A stretch of DNA of 64,000 nt, from positions 399,437 to 463,436 of the forward strand of contig JBMNNJ010000001.1 in NCBI GenBank assembly GCA_050953885.1, in the 5' to 3' direction. Shown piece by piece: positions 9,034-19,338 of this stretch (its first letter is position 1; every line of letters starts with the position of its first letter). The position numbers and the translations under genes were made by a program. The notes under the pieces are model-generated. The model was given only the letters and a program-made list of their open reading frames with translations. It was not told the origin of the DNA and ran no database searches. The stretch comes from Patescibacteria group bacterium. Its GTDB lineage: Bacteria; Patescibacteriota; Microgenomatia; 0-14-0-10-38-17.

Positions 9034-10647
9034 TTAATCTCCTTTAAAATACTCTTCTAAAATTTCTCTGGCAATAGGAGCCGCTTCTCGTGAGCCTTCT
9101 CCGCCTTCTTCTAAAAAAACCGTCACCGAAATTTCCGGGTTGTCAATGGGCGCAAAAGCGGTAAACCAGGCGTGGGCGCTTTCCTCGCCTACTTCCGCCG
9201 TGCCTGTTTTGCAGGCAACTTTATTCTCCTCTCCTCTTACTTTAAAATCAAAAAAAGGATAAGCTGTCCCCCCCACCCCATCAGTCGCTAAAGCGGGAGA
9301 ACAAGCTTCCTTCATCCCTTCTATCACCAAATCAAGGTTCTCTTTCTTCAAAGAAAGAGAAGAACATTTTTCCTTAACCGCTGGCTCTCCTTCTTTCTCT
9401 TTTACTACAAACGGCACGCAGAAATTACCGCCATTGGCAAAAACGTTGGTCATCATATTTACCTGAAGCGGAGTAAGCGCTAAATCCCCTTGGCCAATAG
9501 CAAAATGGTAAGTATTCCCCAAAAACCAATCTTCTCCCTTGGTTTCTTTTTTCCACTGCGGCGAGGGCACCAAACCGGCAACTTCCGCCGGCAGATCAAC
9601 TCCTGTCGGTCGGTCAAGATAAAAATTTTTAGCCCAAAAAGCAAGCTTTTCCGCTCCCAACCTTTCCCCCACCTTGTAAAAAAAGACATCATTTGACCGC
9701 TTTATGGCGGTAACAAGATCCACTAATCCCTCTTTTTTACCATACTGTAAAAAATACCAGTTAGCGTAACGAAAATCACCAACTTCAATTACCCCGGTGT
9801 CCTCAATTCGTGTTTGGCCATCAATTACCCCTTCTTCCAAGGCAGCGATCGCTGTTACCAACTTAAAAACAGACCCCGGCGGGAAACGGGCAGAAATAAC
9901 CCGATTTAAAAAGGGGTTGCGCCGATCGCTTAAAAGCGCCTCAATTTTTCCCTCATCTCGTTTGTAGGTAAAAAGATTGGGATCAAAAGAGGGAGAAGAA
10001 GCCAAGGCCAGCACTTCCCCATTTTGAGGGTTGGTTACCACCACTGCGCCTCGTTTTTCCCCCAAAAGAGAAGCTACTTTCTGTTGAAGTTTTGAAGAAA
10101 TCGTCAGTTTTAGATCTTTACCCGGTTTTGCCTCCTGGCGACCAATTTCCCGTAAATTATTCCCTTGGATATCAGTTTCTATCAAGCGCTTTCCTGCCTC
10201 CCCTCTCAACCAACACTCGTACTCTTCTTCCACCCCTCCCCTCCCTTTCCAATCATCAGGAGAATAAGCGCCACAATCATTATTTTCTTTTAGTTCTTCC
10301 TCGCTTACCGGTCCTAAATAGCCCAAAAGATGCGCAAAAGAAGCCCCAAAAGGATAGTAACGCTGATAGGCTAATCTTGCTTCGTGATTATTTGCCTTAT
10401 TCTTTAAGTACTCATCACGACTAATTGCCTTTTCCCCCAAAAAATATTGAGGCAAGTTAACCGCCAAAGGCTCGCGGTCGCGATCAAAAATTATTCCCCG
10501 TGGCGCAGAAATTTTTTCCATCACCAAGCGGTTTTCCTCCGCCATTGTCTGGTATTTTCCTCCCAAAATAATAGTAAGATAAAAAAGCCGACCTGCCAAA
10601 AGGCAAAGCAAGCCAAGAACTAAAAAGCGAAAAATTTTTTTGGCCAT
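9034..10647 (-). CDS. mrdA: Penicillin-binding protein 2 (class B transpeptidase)
   Basis: N-terminal TM, RGIIFDR, GSVFK (SxxK), KTGT; lies in the mreBCD cluster. Confidence 0.93.
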   Translation of the reverse strand: MAKKIFRFLVLGLLCLLAGRLFYLTIILGGKYQTMAEENRLVMEKISAPRGIIFDRDREPLAVNLPQYFLGEKAISRDEYLKNKANNHEARLAYQRYYPFGASFAHLLGYLGPVSEEELKENNDCGAYSPDDWKGRGGVEEEYECWLRGEAGKRLIETDIQGNNLREIGRQEAKPGKDLKLTISSKLQQKVASLLGEKRGAVVVTNPQNGEVLALASSPSFDPNLFTYKRDEGKIEALLSDRRNPFLNRVISARFPPGSVFKLVTAIAALEEGVIDGQTRIEDTGVIEVGDFRYANWYFLQYGKKEGLVDLVTAIKRSNDVFFYKVGERLGAEKLAFWAKNFYLDRPTGVDLPAEVAGLVPSPQWKKETKGEDWFLGNTYHFAIGQGDLALTPLQVNMMTNVFANGGNFCVPFVVKEKEGEPAVKEKCSSLSLKKENLDLVIEGMKEACSPALATDGVGGTAYPFFDFKVRGEENKVACKTGTAEVGEESAHAWFTAFAPIDNPEISVTVFLEEGGEGSREAAPIAREILEEYFKGD

Positions 10648-10650
10648 TTT

Positions 10651-10935
10651 TTATTCCGGTAGCCTTAAACGACCGCCTCCTTTTTTCTCGCCAAAATTTT
10701 CTCTTAAAAAGACCACCAAAAAAACAATCGTCAAATTAATTAGCGCCCACTTCCCTAAGTGATCCATAAGCAAAAAATCCAAGAAAAGGCCAGACCAAAA
10801 AGCGGCGATAAAAATTTTCTCCCCTTGTAAATAAGCCAAAACTAGCACCAGGAAAGGTAATAAAAATTTCCCTCCCAAAACAGCCTCAAACAAAGCCGCC
10901 AAAAATAAAATTAAAAACCAAACTATATTCGTCAT
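10651..10935 (-). CDS. Small MreD-like membrane protein
   Basis: Hydrophobic 94 aa with AFWSGLFLD, located between mreC and pbp2. Confidence 0.65.
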   Translation of the reverse strand: MTNIVWFLILFLAALFEAVLGGKFLLPFLVLVLAYLQGEKIFIAAFWSGLFLDFLLMDHLGKWALINLTIVFLVVFLRENFGEKKGGGRLRLPE

Positions 10936-11690
10936 TTAATCACAAAAACATAAACTATTTCTGCCAAAGGAATTTCTCGCTTCACTCTTGCTTCCTTGAA
11001 GACTTTATCCTGGCTTTCTTTTACTTCTACCACTTCTCCCAAGAGAATACCATTTGGGCCGCCAAGAAGAGAAACCAGATCACCGCTTTCTACCTTTTCT
11101 TCTCTTAAAATTTCTTTAATTTCCTCTCCTTTTAAAATTCCCTTTCCTTTTTGACAAGAATCCTCAACCCCTTCTTGGCTCAAACAACCACTTTTATTAG
11201 CAAAAATTAAAACCGGAACCGCCAATCGAGGAGAATCTGCCCGCAAAACTTGACTTCGCTTCTTTTCCACCTTAAAAATCCTCCCCACTAAAAAATTATC
11301 CGCCAAAACTAACTGTTCTTCGCTAATCCCCGCTTCCTCCCCTTTATCAATAATAAAAAAGTCTTTCTCCTGACCAATTATCTTAGCGTCAATAAAACCT
11401 AAGTTTTCCGGCAAGGGAAGCTGAAGAAGACGACGAAGACGGCGGTTTTCTTCTTCAAGCTGTTCTTGGCTTACAAGTTGGCTTTGACAAAAAGCTAATT
11501 TCTGACGAATTTCTTGCTCTTCCTTTGGCAAGGCCAATTCTTCCTTTTTCTCCCTAAAATAAGCCAATAAGGGATTGGTAAAAGAGGCAAAAAAATTCTT
11601 CGCGGGTCCAAAAAGAGGGGTAAAATCCAAAATAAAAATTGCCAGCGCTGTTGCTACCAAGAAAAGATACTTCTTATTATCCTTTTTCAT
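10932..11690 (-). CDS. mreC: Rod shape-determining protein MreC
   Basis: TM, coiled coil ENRRLRRLL, IIDKGEEAGI; synteny. Confidence 0.88.
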   Translation of the reverse strand: MKKDNKKYLFLVATALAIFILDFTPLFGPAKNFFASFTNPLLAYFREKKEELALPKEEQEIRQKLAFCQSQLVSQEQLEEENRRLRRLLQLPLPENLGFIDAKIIGQEKDFFIIDKGEEAGISEEQLVLADNFLVGRIFKVEKKRSQVLRADSPRLAVPVLIFANKSGCLSQEGVEDSCQKGKGILKGEEIKEILREEKVESGDLVSLLGGPNGILLGEVVEVKESQDKVFKEARVKREIPLAEIVYVFVIK

Positions 11691-11699
11691 AAAATAAAT

Positions 11700-11952
11700 A
11701 ACTAAGCTACTAAATTGCTAAAAACCGAGACACGATACAAGGAGACAAAGAAACACGCTAAGCGCTAAGGTCAAATCTCAAATCTCAAAACCATAAATTA
11801 AAACTCAAAACGCAAATGGCAAATGGCAAAACTACATGTCAAATCTTAAATCTTTCTTAGAGCTTAAAAGTGTTTTTTAGATTTGAGTTTTGAGTTGTAG
11901 TTTTGACATTTAACATTTGAATTTTGCGTTTATTTTTCGTGTCCATTCGTGT
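11700..11952. repeat. Composite intergenic heptamer hairpin without the central palindrome
   Basis: TCAAAT/CAAAA array then TTTGAG array; shares blocks with 1659-1717 and 43773-43806. Confidence 0.8.
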
Positions 11953-12990
11953 TTATAATTCTATTTTCACCCGCTCTCTTAATTTGGGGTTATCTAATAA
12001 TTTTGCCGCTCCCAAAACCACTGCCGCTTGGGGATCGGAAGCAATAAAAACAGGCATTTTAATTTCCCGGGAAAAAAAATTGGCTATTTGGGGAAGTTCC
12101 GCCACTCCTCCACATAAAGTAATGCCTCTTTCTAAAAAATCATCCATTAGCTCTGGAGGTGATTCTTCAATCATTTCACTTATCTGGCCAACAATTTGAT
12201 TAAGCACCGGCGTAATCGCCTCCCGCACCTCTTCCGAACTAACTTTAACCGAAATAGGCAAGCCAGTTTCCAAACTTCGGCCACGCACCACCATTACTCT
12301 TTCTTTCTCCAGAGGTAGGGCACTGCCGATATTAATCTTAATTTCCTCCGCCGTAGTCTCACCAATCAAAAGGGAGTATTTCAACCTCAAAAAATTAACT
12401 AACGCTTTATCCATTTTGTAACCCGCCACCCCCAAAGAGCGGTTTAAAACAATCCCCCCCAGAGAAATAACCGCGATTTCCGTTGTCCCCCCACCAATAT
12501 CGCAAATTAAAACTCCGCCCGGTTGCTCCACCGGCAAATCAGCCCCTAATGCCGCCGCCAACGGTTCCTCCACCAAAAAACAGCTTCCCGCTCCTGCCTC
12601 AAGAGTCGCCTCCAAAACCGCCCGCCTTTCTACCTCGGTAGAACCGGAAGGAGTCCCCACCACCACCAAAGGCTTAAAAAAAGCATTCCAAATTTTTCCC
12701 TCCGGGGTCAACTGCTCTAAATAATAGCCAATCATCGCCCGAGCGGCGTCAAAATCGGCAATTACCCCCTCATGCAAAGGGTAAAAGGCTTCAATTGCCT
12801 GGGGGGTCTTGCCAACCATTTTTTTTGCTTCTCCCCCCACGGCCACAATTGCCCCATCTTTTTTCTGTCTGGCAACTACCGAAGGCTGACGAAAAACAAT
12901 CCCCTTCCCTTTTTGATAAACTAAAGTATTAGCCGTTCCCAAATCAATGGCTAATTTTTGCGAAAAACGATCTTTTAAAAAGCTAAGCAT
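11953..12990 (-). CDS. mreB: Rod shape-determining protein MreB
   Basis: AIDLGTANT, EEPLAAA, DIGGGTTEIAVISLGG. Confidence 0.96.
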   Translation of the reverse strand: MLSFLKDRFSQKLAIDLGTANTLVYQKGKGIVFRQPSVVARQKKDGAIVAVGGEAKKMVGKTPQAIEAFYPLHEGVIADFDAARAMIGYYLEQLTPEGKIWNAFFKPLVVVGTPSGSTEVERRAVLEATLEAGAGSCFLVEEPLAAALGADLPVEQPGGVLICDIGGGTTEIAVISLGGIVLNRSLGVAGYKMDKALVNFLRLKYSLLIGETTAEEIKINIGSALPLEKERVMVVRGRSLETGLPISVKVSSEEVREAITPVLNQIVGQISEMIEESPPELMDDFLERGITLCGGVAELPQIANFFSREIKMPVFIASDPQAAVVLGAAKLLDNPKLRERVKIEL

Positions 12991-13135
12991 TATATAAAGT
13001 ATAACATCGGAGAAGAAAACTAAGAAATGATATAATTAAAATTGAAATGCTAAATTGATATCCAAAATAAAGACACAAAAAACCACGATAAAAAATTCAA
13101 AATACAAAATACTAAATACTCGCTTTCAACTATTC

Positions 13136-13212
13136 GGGCCCGTAGCTCAGTTGGCTAGAGCGTCCGCATGGCATGCGGAAGGTCAGGGGTTCAACTCCCC
13201 TCGGGTCCACCA
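13136..13212 (+). tRNA. tRNA-Ala(GGC)
   Basis: Cloverleaf; anticodon arm TCCGC-ATGGCAT-GCGGA; G3:U70 pair; encoded CCA. Confidence 0.96.
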
Positions 13213-13217
13213 AAACC

Positions 13218-15287
13218 ATGCCTGAAAAAATAAACCAGAATCTTTCTAAAATTATTTTCTCCTCCTTTTTTCTCCTCTTTTTTCTTGTTCCTCTTTTCTT
13301 CCTCCCCCTCACTTCCGAAATATTTGAAATTAACAAAATGCTCTTAAGCTATGCTTTAGGGGTAACTATTTTTTGGGCTTGGGCCAGTAAGGCTTTTTTG
13401 GGAAAAAATAAAAACTTTGAAAAAACGCCTCTTTTTTGGCCCCTGCTTGCCTTTTGGCTTTCCCAGCTTTTGGCCACCGTTTTCTCAATTCATCCTCGCA
13501 CCTCCTTGCTTGGTTATTATACCCGCCTTAATGGCGGGCTCTTCTCACTCACTCTCTATCTTTTCCTTTATTTTGCCTTTATCAACAATAGCGAAAATAG
13601 CCAAAAAACCAAAAGACTCTTTCTTGGCGCCAATCTTGGCGCCGCCTTTTTAGTTTGCTCTTACGGTATTCTCCAACATTACGGTATTGACGACCAATTT
13701 TGGGTTCAAGATGTCAAACGCCGTGTTTTTTCCACCTTGGGCCAGCCAAACTGGTTGGCCGCCTGGATTGACGCCCTAATTTTTCTCCCTCTTTTTTTCG
13801 CCTCAAAAAAAAATTCTTCTCCCAAAAAAAAGCGCGCAGGAAGTTTGCTCTTTGTTATTTGTTTTATCTGTCTTCTTTTTACCCGCTCCCGCTCCGGGCT
13901 TTTAGCTTTCTTAGCCATTTACCCTCTTTTTTGGTTTCTTCTCTTTTGGCTTAAGCCCAAAAAAGAAAGAAAAAAACTTTTCGCCCCTCTTTTCTTTTTT
14001 AGTTTCCTTATCATCTTTTTAACTTGGATTATTGATCCGGCATTAATAAAGGAAACATTCTCTTCTCTTTCTCCCGTCACTTCCTCTCCTGCCACCACAG
14101 AGATTCCTTCAATTGAACAAGGAGGTAGCCCCACCGAGGAAATCCGTAAAGTTGTCTGGCAAGGGGCAATTAATCTTGGCAAAAAGTACCCTCTTTTGGG
14201 AACCGGTCCAGAAACCTTTGCTTATGCCTACTACTGGGTTCGGCCAAAAGAGCATAATCTTTTATCCGAATGGGATTTTCTTTATAACAAAGCTCATAAC
14301 GAATATCTCAATTATTTGGCTACCAGCGGTTATTTGGGCCTTCTTGCTTACTTGGGATTTATTTTTGCTTTTATTATTATTTATCTTCGAAAAATTAACA
14401 GACAAAAAAGGAGTCGTCTGCAAAACGAAGATTCTTTCTTAACCATTGCTTTATTTTGCGGCTTTCTTACCATTCTTATTACCAATTTTTTTGGCTTTTC
14501 GGTTGTCGCTGTTAATCTTCTTTTCTATCTTATCCCCGCCTTTATTTTTTCTCTTTTTAGAAAAGAAAATAATCATCAAGAGAATCTTTTAAAAACAAAA
14601 ACCAACTCTCTCCCTAAAGAGATCCTTTTTCCCCTCTTTGTTTTTTTACTTTTCTCCTATTTTTTAATCATCAATTACTGGCTGGCGGATTATTATTTTA
14701 ATAAAGCAGAAAAGCATTATCAAGAAGGCCAATACTCATTGGCAAAAAAGGAATACGACCGGGCAAGACAAAAAGCCCCCCATGAGCCTCTTTACCAAAG
14801 CAGCGCCGCTCTCAACACCGCTTCTCTGGCACTAATCGCCGCACCGCAGGAGGGAAAAACCTTAAGCGAACAATTTGGCCAAGAGGCCTTTAAGCTCGGG
14901 CAGGAGGCGATTAAAAATAACCCTTATCACCTGAACCTTTATCGCCAATACGCCCAAACTCTTTTTCTTTTGGGACAAATTGATCCTCAATATTTATCTT
15001 CCTTAGAAAAGGTTCTCTCTGCCGCCCAAAAACTCGCCCCCACCGACCCTAAAATCACCTACAATTTAGGAGTTTTGGCTTCAAGACGAGGAGAAAAAAA
15101 CGAAGCGATTAATTGGCTTGAACAAACAATTAATCTTAAGCCAAACTATGAAACGGCGCGACTGGCTTTAGCAAAAATTTACCAGCAAACAGGTGAAAAA
15201 GAAAAAGCCGAAGAGCAACTAAAATATCTACTTCAATTTATCAATCCTCAAAACGAAGAAGCCCAAAAGTTGCTTGAAGGGTTATAA
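13218..15287 (+). CDS. O-antigen ligase (Wzy_C)-like membrane protein with C-terminal TPRs
   Basis: Many TMs, STLGQPNWLA, TRSRSG, GTGPETF, AHNEYL, TPR tail; start moved to ATG 13218 after the tRNA. Confidence 0.88.
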   Translation: MPEKINQNLSKIIFSSFFLLFFLVPLFFLPLTSEIFEINKMLLSYALGVTIFWAWASKAFLGKNKNFEKTPLFWPLLAFWLSQLLATVFSIHPRTSLLGYYTRLNGGLFSLTLYLFLYFAFINNSENSQKTKRLFLGANLGAAFLVCSYGILQHYGIDDQFWVQDVKRRVFSTLGQPNWLAAWIDALIFLPLFFASKKNSSPKKKRAGSLLFVICFICLLFTRSRSGLLAFLAIYPLFWFLLFWLKPKKERKKLFAPLFFFSFLIIFLTWIIDPALIKETFSSLSPVTSSPATTEIPSIEQGGSPTEEIRKVVWQGAINLGKKYPLLGTGPETFAYAYYWVRPKEHNLLSEWDFLYNKAHNEYLNYLATSGYLGLLAYLGFIFAFIIIYLRKINRQKRSRLQNEDSFLTIALFCGFLTILITNFFGFSVVAVNLLFYLIPAFIFSLFRKENNHQENLLKTKTNSLPKEILFPLFVFLLFSYFLIINYWLADYYFNKAEKHYQEGQYSLAKKEYDRARQKAPHEPLYQSSAALNTASLALIAAPQEGKTLSEQFGQEAFKLGQEAIKNNPYHLNLYRQYAQTLFLLGQIDPQYLSSLEKVLSAAQKLAPTDPKITYNLGVLASRRGEKNEAINWLEQTINLKPNYETARLALAKIYQQTGEKEKAEEQLKYLLQFINPQNEEAQKLLEGL

Positions 15288-15480
15288 TAGAGCTACATTG
15301 CTAAATTGTTATACTGTCTGCGGGAGATTTTCCCCCAGGAAGGCTAAATTATTTCATTGTTAAATTGATACAGAATACAAGAAAACAAAAAAACACGAGA
15401 AAATAAATTAAAACTCAAATATCAATTTGCCAGCTGGCGGATTACATTTTGCGCTTCTTTATTACGCATAACAAACCTTT

Positions 15481-16017
15481 ATGCTTAAAATTCTCACCGC
15501 TCCCCATCCAGTCTTAACTAAAAAATCAAAACCGATAAGTGATTTTGGGCCGAAAACAAAAGATTTTTGCCGTCAATTATCAGAAACCTTACTTTCCTGC
15601 CAAAATCCAACCGGAGTTGGTTTAGCCGCGCCCCAAGTCGGGAAAAACTGGCAAATCTTTGTTATCAGCCTGCCGGGGGAAAAACCAACTGCTTTTATTA
15701 ACCCAAAAATCGTTAGTCATCCTCAAAAGAAAACCTTTTTTTTGATAGAAAACGAAAAAGGCCAAAAAGGGGAACCCTTCTTAGAAGGCTGCCTATCGCT
15801 ACCTAAAATTTTCGGCGCCGTTAAACGCTGGCCAAAAATTAAAGTAGAGTTTTTTAACCCCGCCGGGGAAAAACAAAAAGCTAAGCTTGAGAACCTTGCC
15901 GCCATTGTTTTTCAACACGAGTATGATCACCTTCAGGGAATTCTCTTTACCCAAAGGATCATCAAACAAGGAGGAGAAGTTTTTCAAGAAAAAAATGGCC
16001 AACTGGAAAAAATCTAA
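15481..16017 (+). CDS. def: Peptide deformylase
   Basis: GVGLAAPQVG, EGCLS, QHEYDHL. Confidence 0.97.
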   Translation: MLKILTAPHPVLTKKSKPISDFGPKTKDFCRQLSETLLSCQNPTGVGLAAPQVGKNWQIFVISLPGEKPTAFINPKIVSHPQKKTFFLIENEKGQKGEPFLEGCLSLPKIFGAVKRWPKIKVEFFNPAGEKQKAKLENLAAIVFQHEYDHLQGILFTQRIIKQGGEVFQEKNGQLEKI

Positions 16018-16912
16018 ACCGCCCTTTCCTTTAGTTTTTTTTGGTTCGGCAGAAAATTCCAACCAAATTTTGGCTTCGCTTCTTAATTTAAAATCTTGTC
16101 AGGTTGTTCTCGCGGTTACCCAGCCGCCTCAACCAACAGGCCGCCAGCAAACACTTCAACCTTCTCCAGTGGCTATTTTTGCCCAAGAAAAAAAAATCCC
16201 GCTTTTGGAAAGTGCTAAACTAGATCAAAAAATAATTGAAATTATTAAAAGTAAAAATCCCTACTTGGGGATAATTGCCGCCTACCGGCAAATAATCCCT
16301 CAAGCCCTAATTGATATTTTCCCCGCCGGCATTATTAATTTTCATCCTTCTTATCTTCCCGAACTTCGCGGCCCAAGCCCTGTCCAAAGTGCCATTTTAC
16401 AAAACAAAAAAACCACCGGCGTCTCCCTAATCTTAATTGACAATAAGATTGATCATGGCCCTATCTTGGCGCAAAAGAAAATCGCCATTTTCCCAAAGGA
16501 CAATCAAGTCACCCTCTCCCAACGCCTTTTTAAAGAAGGCGCAAAATTAATAGAAAAAACCCTGCCTCAATATTTAAAAGGGGAAATTAAACCCTGCCCC
16601 CAAGACCATCATCACGCCAGCTACACCCCACTTCTTAACCGTAATGATGGTCTTATTAAACCACAAGACCTAAAAGAAGCAGTAAATATTGGTGGCAAGA
16701 AGGCAGAATTAATAGAAAGAAAATGGCGCGCTTATCATCCCTGGCCCGGTATTTACACCTTTCTTTCCCTATCCCAAAAGCCCCAAAAAAGAGTAAAAAT
16801 TCTCTCTCTTCACCTTGAAGGCAAAAAATTAGTTTTAGACCAAGTTCAATTTGAGGGAAGAAAACCAATTTCTTGGGATAAAAACTTAAATAAAATCTAC
16901 TTTGAAGAATGA
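15995..16912 (+). CDS. fmt: Methionyl-tRNA formyltransferase
   Basis: VFFGS, VTQP, INFHPSYLPELRGPSP, DHGPI; start placed at ATG 15995 overlapping def. Confidence 0.93.
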   Translation: MANWKKSKPPFPLVFFGSAENSNQILASLLNLKSCQVVLAVTQPPQPTGRQQTLQPSPVAIFAQEKKIPLLESAKLDQKIIEIIKSKNPYLGIIAAYRQIIPQALIDIFPAGIINFHPSYLPELRGPSPVQSAILQNKKTTGVSLILIDNKIDHGPILAQKKIAIFPKDNQVTLSQRLFKEGAKLIEKTLPQYLKGEIKPCPQDHHHASYTPLLNRNDGLIKPQDLKEAVNIGGKKAELIERKWRAYHPWPGIYTFLSLSQKPQKRVKILSLHLEGKKLVLDQVQFEGRKPISWDKNLNKIYFEE

Positions 16913-17871
16913 AAAAAAAGCTCTTTATACTTCTCGCCCTTTCTTTAATTTTTGGTTTAGCCGCCCTTGTCTTTTCTGAAAGAAAAAAGAATCAATCCCA
17001 GCCAATTATTTCTCCCCTTATTTTAAAAGAAGAAATTTTTTCCCAAGAGAATAAAAAACCAATTTGGCAACCCCAAGAGCAACCTAACTTTTTAAACGAA
17101 GATAAGCTTTTCCTTGAAGCCAAGTCGGCTCTTGCTATCGATTGGACCACTGATAAAGTCCTTTTTGCTAAAAATGCCCACCAAAGCTTACCGATCGCTT
17201 CTCTTACCAAATTAATGACCGCTTTTGTTGCCCAAGAAATTGCTCCTCTCAAAACAGAGCTGATCGTTTCTCAAGAAGCCACCAAAGACGGCGAGGCAAG
17301 CATGGGCTTATTAAGTGGGGAAAAATTAACTTTGGAAGAACTTCTTTATGGTCTTTTCCTTGTTTCCGGTAATGACGCCGCCAATGTTATTGCCGAAAAT
17401 TTAGGCGGCCGAAAACAAGCTTTTGTCGCCGCAATGAATCAAAAAGCCAAGCAATTAGGTCTTGAAAAAACCATTTTTTATAATCCCCATGGGTTGGACG
17501 AAGAAAACCAGCCGCCAAATCAAAGCACTGCTTATGAGTTAGCTATCCTAACACGAGCACTATTGGATCAGTTTCCCCAAACACGAGAAATTGTCAAAAC
17601 ACGAGAAATTACTTTCCCCGCTAATAAGGATCATCAAGAATATCGCCTTAAGAATGTATTAGGTCTTGAAGAAACTTATCCGGGTATGGTAGGCGTTAAA
17701 CCGGGGAATACTTTCAGCGCCGGTTATTGTCTTGTTGGCTTAGCGCAAAATAATGGCCATGAAGTTCTTACTGTGCTTTTGAATTCCCCTAACCCAAAGG
17801 AAGAGGTGCGACAATTATTTAACTTTAGCTTCAGTCAACTGACTCTTTCCCCTACCCCCATCGATCGCTAA
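16909..17871 (+). CDS. D-alanyl-D-alanine carboxypeptidase (peptidase S11)
   Basis: Signal/TM, ASLTK, SGNDA, NPHGLD, KPG (KTG-like). Confidence 0.9.
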   Translation: MKKKLFILLALSLIFGLAALVFSERKKNQSQPIISPLILKEEIFSQENKKPIWQPQEQPNFLNEDKLFLEAKSALAIDWTTDKVLFAKNAHQSLPIASLTKLMTAFVAQEIAPLKTELIVSQEATKDGEASMGLLSGEKLTLEELLYGLFLVSGNDAANVIAENLGGRKQAFVAAMNQKAKQLGLEKTIFYNPHGLDEENQPPNQSTAYELAILTRALLDQFPQTREIVKTREITFPANKDHQEYRLKNVLGLEETYPGMVGVKPGNTFSAGYCLVGLAQNNGHEVLTVLLNSPNPKEEVRQLFNFSFSQLTLSPTPIDR

Positions 17872-18072
17872 CCGCCCCTCTTTTTTCAATTTACTAAGAC
17901 AACCGGTACATACTTTTATTTCCCTTTTTTCTCCTTTCTCAAAAACGGTTACCTTCTGAAGGTTTGGTAAGCGTACTACCTTTACCCTTTTTTTTACCCA
18001 CTTGCCCGTGCCGGTACGAATAATTTTTCTCCCCTTTGCTGGTCCTTTACCACAAATTTGACAGCGCGCCAT
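17815..18072 (-). CDS. rpmB: 50S ribosomal protein L28
   Basis: MARCQICGK...PNLQ...KVCTGCL. Confidence 0.88.
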   Translation of the reverse strand: MARCQICGKGPAKGRKIIRTGTGKWVKKRVKVVRLPNLQKVTVFEKGEKREIKVCTGCLSKLKKEGRLAIDGGRGKSQLTEAKVK

Positions 18073-18145
18073 TTTTAAAAAGTTAAAAGTTTATCTTGTG
18101 CTATACTAACACAGTAAGGTCAAATTATCAATCAGTTAACCAACG

Positions 18146-18796
18146 GTGCTTTCTTATCTTTTTACTAACCCCCTTTCTTTTTTAATCTTTTTGGCGGCTC
18201 TCTTTTTGGCAATTTCTATTCATGAAGCCGCTCATGCTTGGGCGGCAGACCGTTTAGGTGATCCCACCGCTCGTTTTTCCGGTCGCCTTACTCTTAACCC
18301 CTTTGCTCATCTTGACCCCTTGGGAACTTTAATGCTTTTCCTTTTTGGCTTTGGCTGGGGAAAGCCCGTTCCGGTTGATTATTATAACTTACGTCAGCCC
18401 CGCCGCGATGCCGCTTTAATTTCTCTTGCCGGCCCGCTTTCAAACCTTGTCCTGGCAATTTTCATTTCTCTTGCCTGGCATTTGGGAATTTATCTTTCCC
18501 CTCCTTCCGCTCAAATTCTTTCTTTCTTTTTCTTCCCCCTACTCCAGCTAAACTTAGTTTTAGGCATTTTTAACCTCCTTCCTCTTAATCCTTTAGACGG
18601 CGGAAAAATTTTAACCGGTTTTCTTCCTTCTCCCCAATCAGAAGCAGTCGAAAGCTTTTTAGAAAGTTATAGTCTTATTCTTCTCATTCTCCTTTTCCTT
18701 CCCTTATTTGGGGGTCATTCTCTTCTTGACTTTATTATCAGTCCCTTGATCAACTTTTTCCAAACCCTTCTTACCCCCCATTCCTTTCTTCTTTAG
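18146..18796 (+). CDS. Site-2 protease family (M50) membrane metalloprotease
   Basis: HEAAH, AGPLSN, FNLLPLNPLDG. Confidence 0.93.
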   Translation: MLSYLFTNPLSFLIFLAALFLAISIHEAAHAWAADRLGDPTARFSGRLTLNPFAHLDPLGTLMLFLFGFGWGKPVPVDYYNLRQPRRDAALISLAGPLSNLVLAIFISLAWHLGIYLSPPSAQILSFFFFPLLQLNLVLGIFNLLPLNPLDGGKILTGFLPSPQSEAVESFLESYSLILLILLFLPLFGGHSLLDFIISPLINFFQTLLTPHSFLL

Positions 18797-18803
18797 AAAA
18801 AAA

Positions 18804-18961
18804 TAGTCCTGCCTTGAGGTTTAAACAAGAAGTGTTCCCCGGCTAAAGCCAAGGCGGGATCCTGTCTGCTTTTATTTGAAAAAGCAAGAACGCGGTATCC
18901 CTTACACTCATTGTTGGTGAGGAAGACTCTCTTGTTTTGCTTCCCCTCTTTGGCAGGACTA
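18804..18961 (-). ncRNA. Candidate 6S-like structured RNA (~158 nt)
   Basis: Ends pair (TAGTCCTGCC/GGCAGGACTA); further stems AAACAAGAGAGT/ACTTCTTGTTT and GGGAT/ATCCC, an apical hairpin and a central bubble; sigma70 promoter immediately upstream. Confidence 0.55.
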
Positions 18962-18966
18962 ATTAA

Positions 18967-19017
18967 AGAATAGCAAAAATAAACTTTCTTGTCAACCCCG
19001 CCTTTTTCTGCTAAAAT
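18967..19017. promoter_or_regulatory. Overlapping divergent sigma70-type promoters
   Basis: Minus strand TTGACA(18995-18990)-17 nt-TATTCT; plus strand TTGTCA(18989)-17 nt-TAAAAT toward the tRNA cluster. Confidence 0.65.
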
Positions 19018-19102
19018 CAAAGTCACCTGATAAAGCCTTAGACTGATCTTGTCGCCTTAGTTTAAACGGTAGAATAATTGTTTTGTCTGTCTGTTTTGAT
19101 AT

Positions 19103-19174
19103 GCCGTCCTGGCTCAATGGCAGAGCAATGGTTTTGTAAACCATAGGTTGTCGGTTCGAATCCGACGGACGGCT
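19103..19174 (+). tRNA. tRNA-Thr(TGT)
   Basis: Cloverleaf; ATGGT-TTTGTAA-ACCAT; GGTTCGAATCC. Confidence 0.95.
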
Positions 19175-19265
19175 CAAGGCGCGTCGGCACGGTAAACCGT
19201 TGATAACAATTCCCTGCCAGCCACCTTTGCCTAAATGGCTGAGTGGTAAAAACCCTACACTTTTC

Positions 19266-19338
19266 GCCAAGGTAGCTCAGTTGGTAGAGCACGTCTTTGG
19301 TAAAGACGAGGTCACGGGTTCGATCCCCGTCCTTGGCT
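19266..19338 (+). tRNA. tRNA-Thr(GGT)
   Basis: Cloverleaf; CGTCT-TTGGTAA-AGACG; GGTTCGATCCC. Confidence 0.96.

Noticed and set aside
13173-13217. Track start of the 704-aa ORF
   Set aside because: It overlaps tRNA-Ala; ATG 13218 is more plausible.
19177-19260. Possible tRNA-Tyr/Gly between the two tRNA-Thr genes
   Set aside because: Small hairpins only; no T-loop consensus or cloverleaf found.
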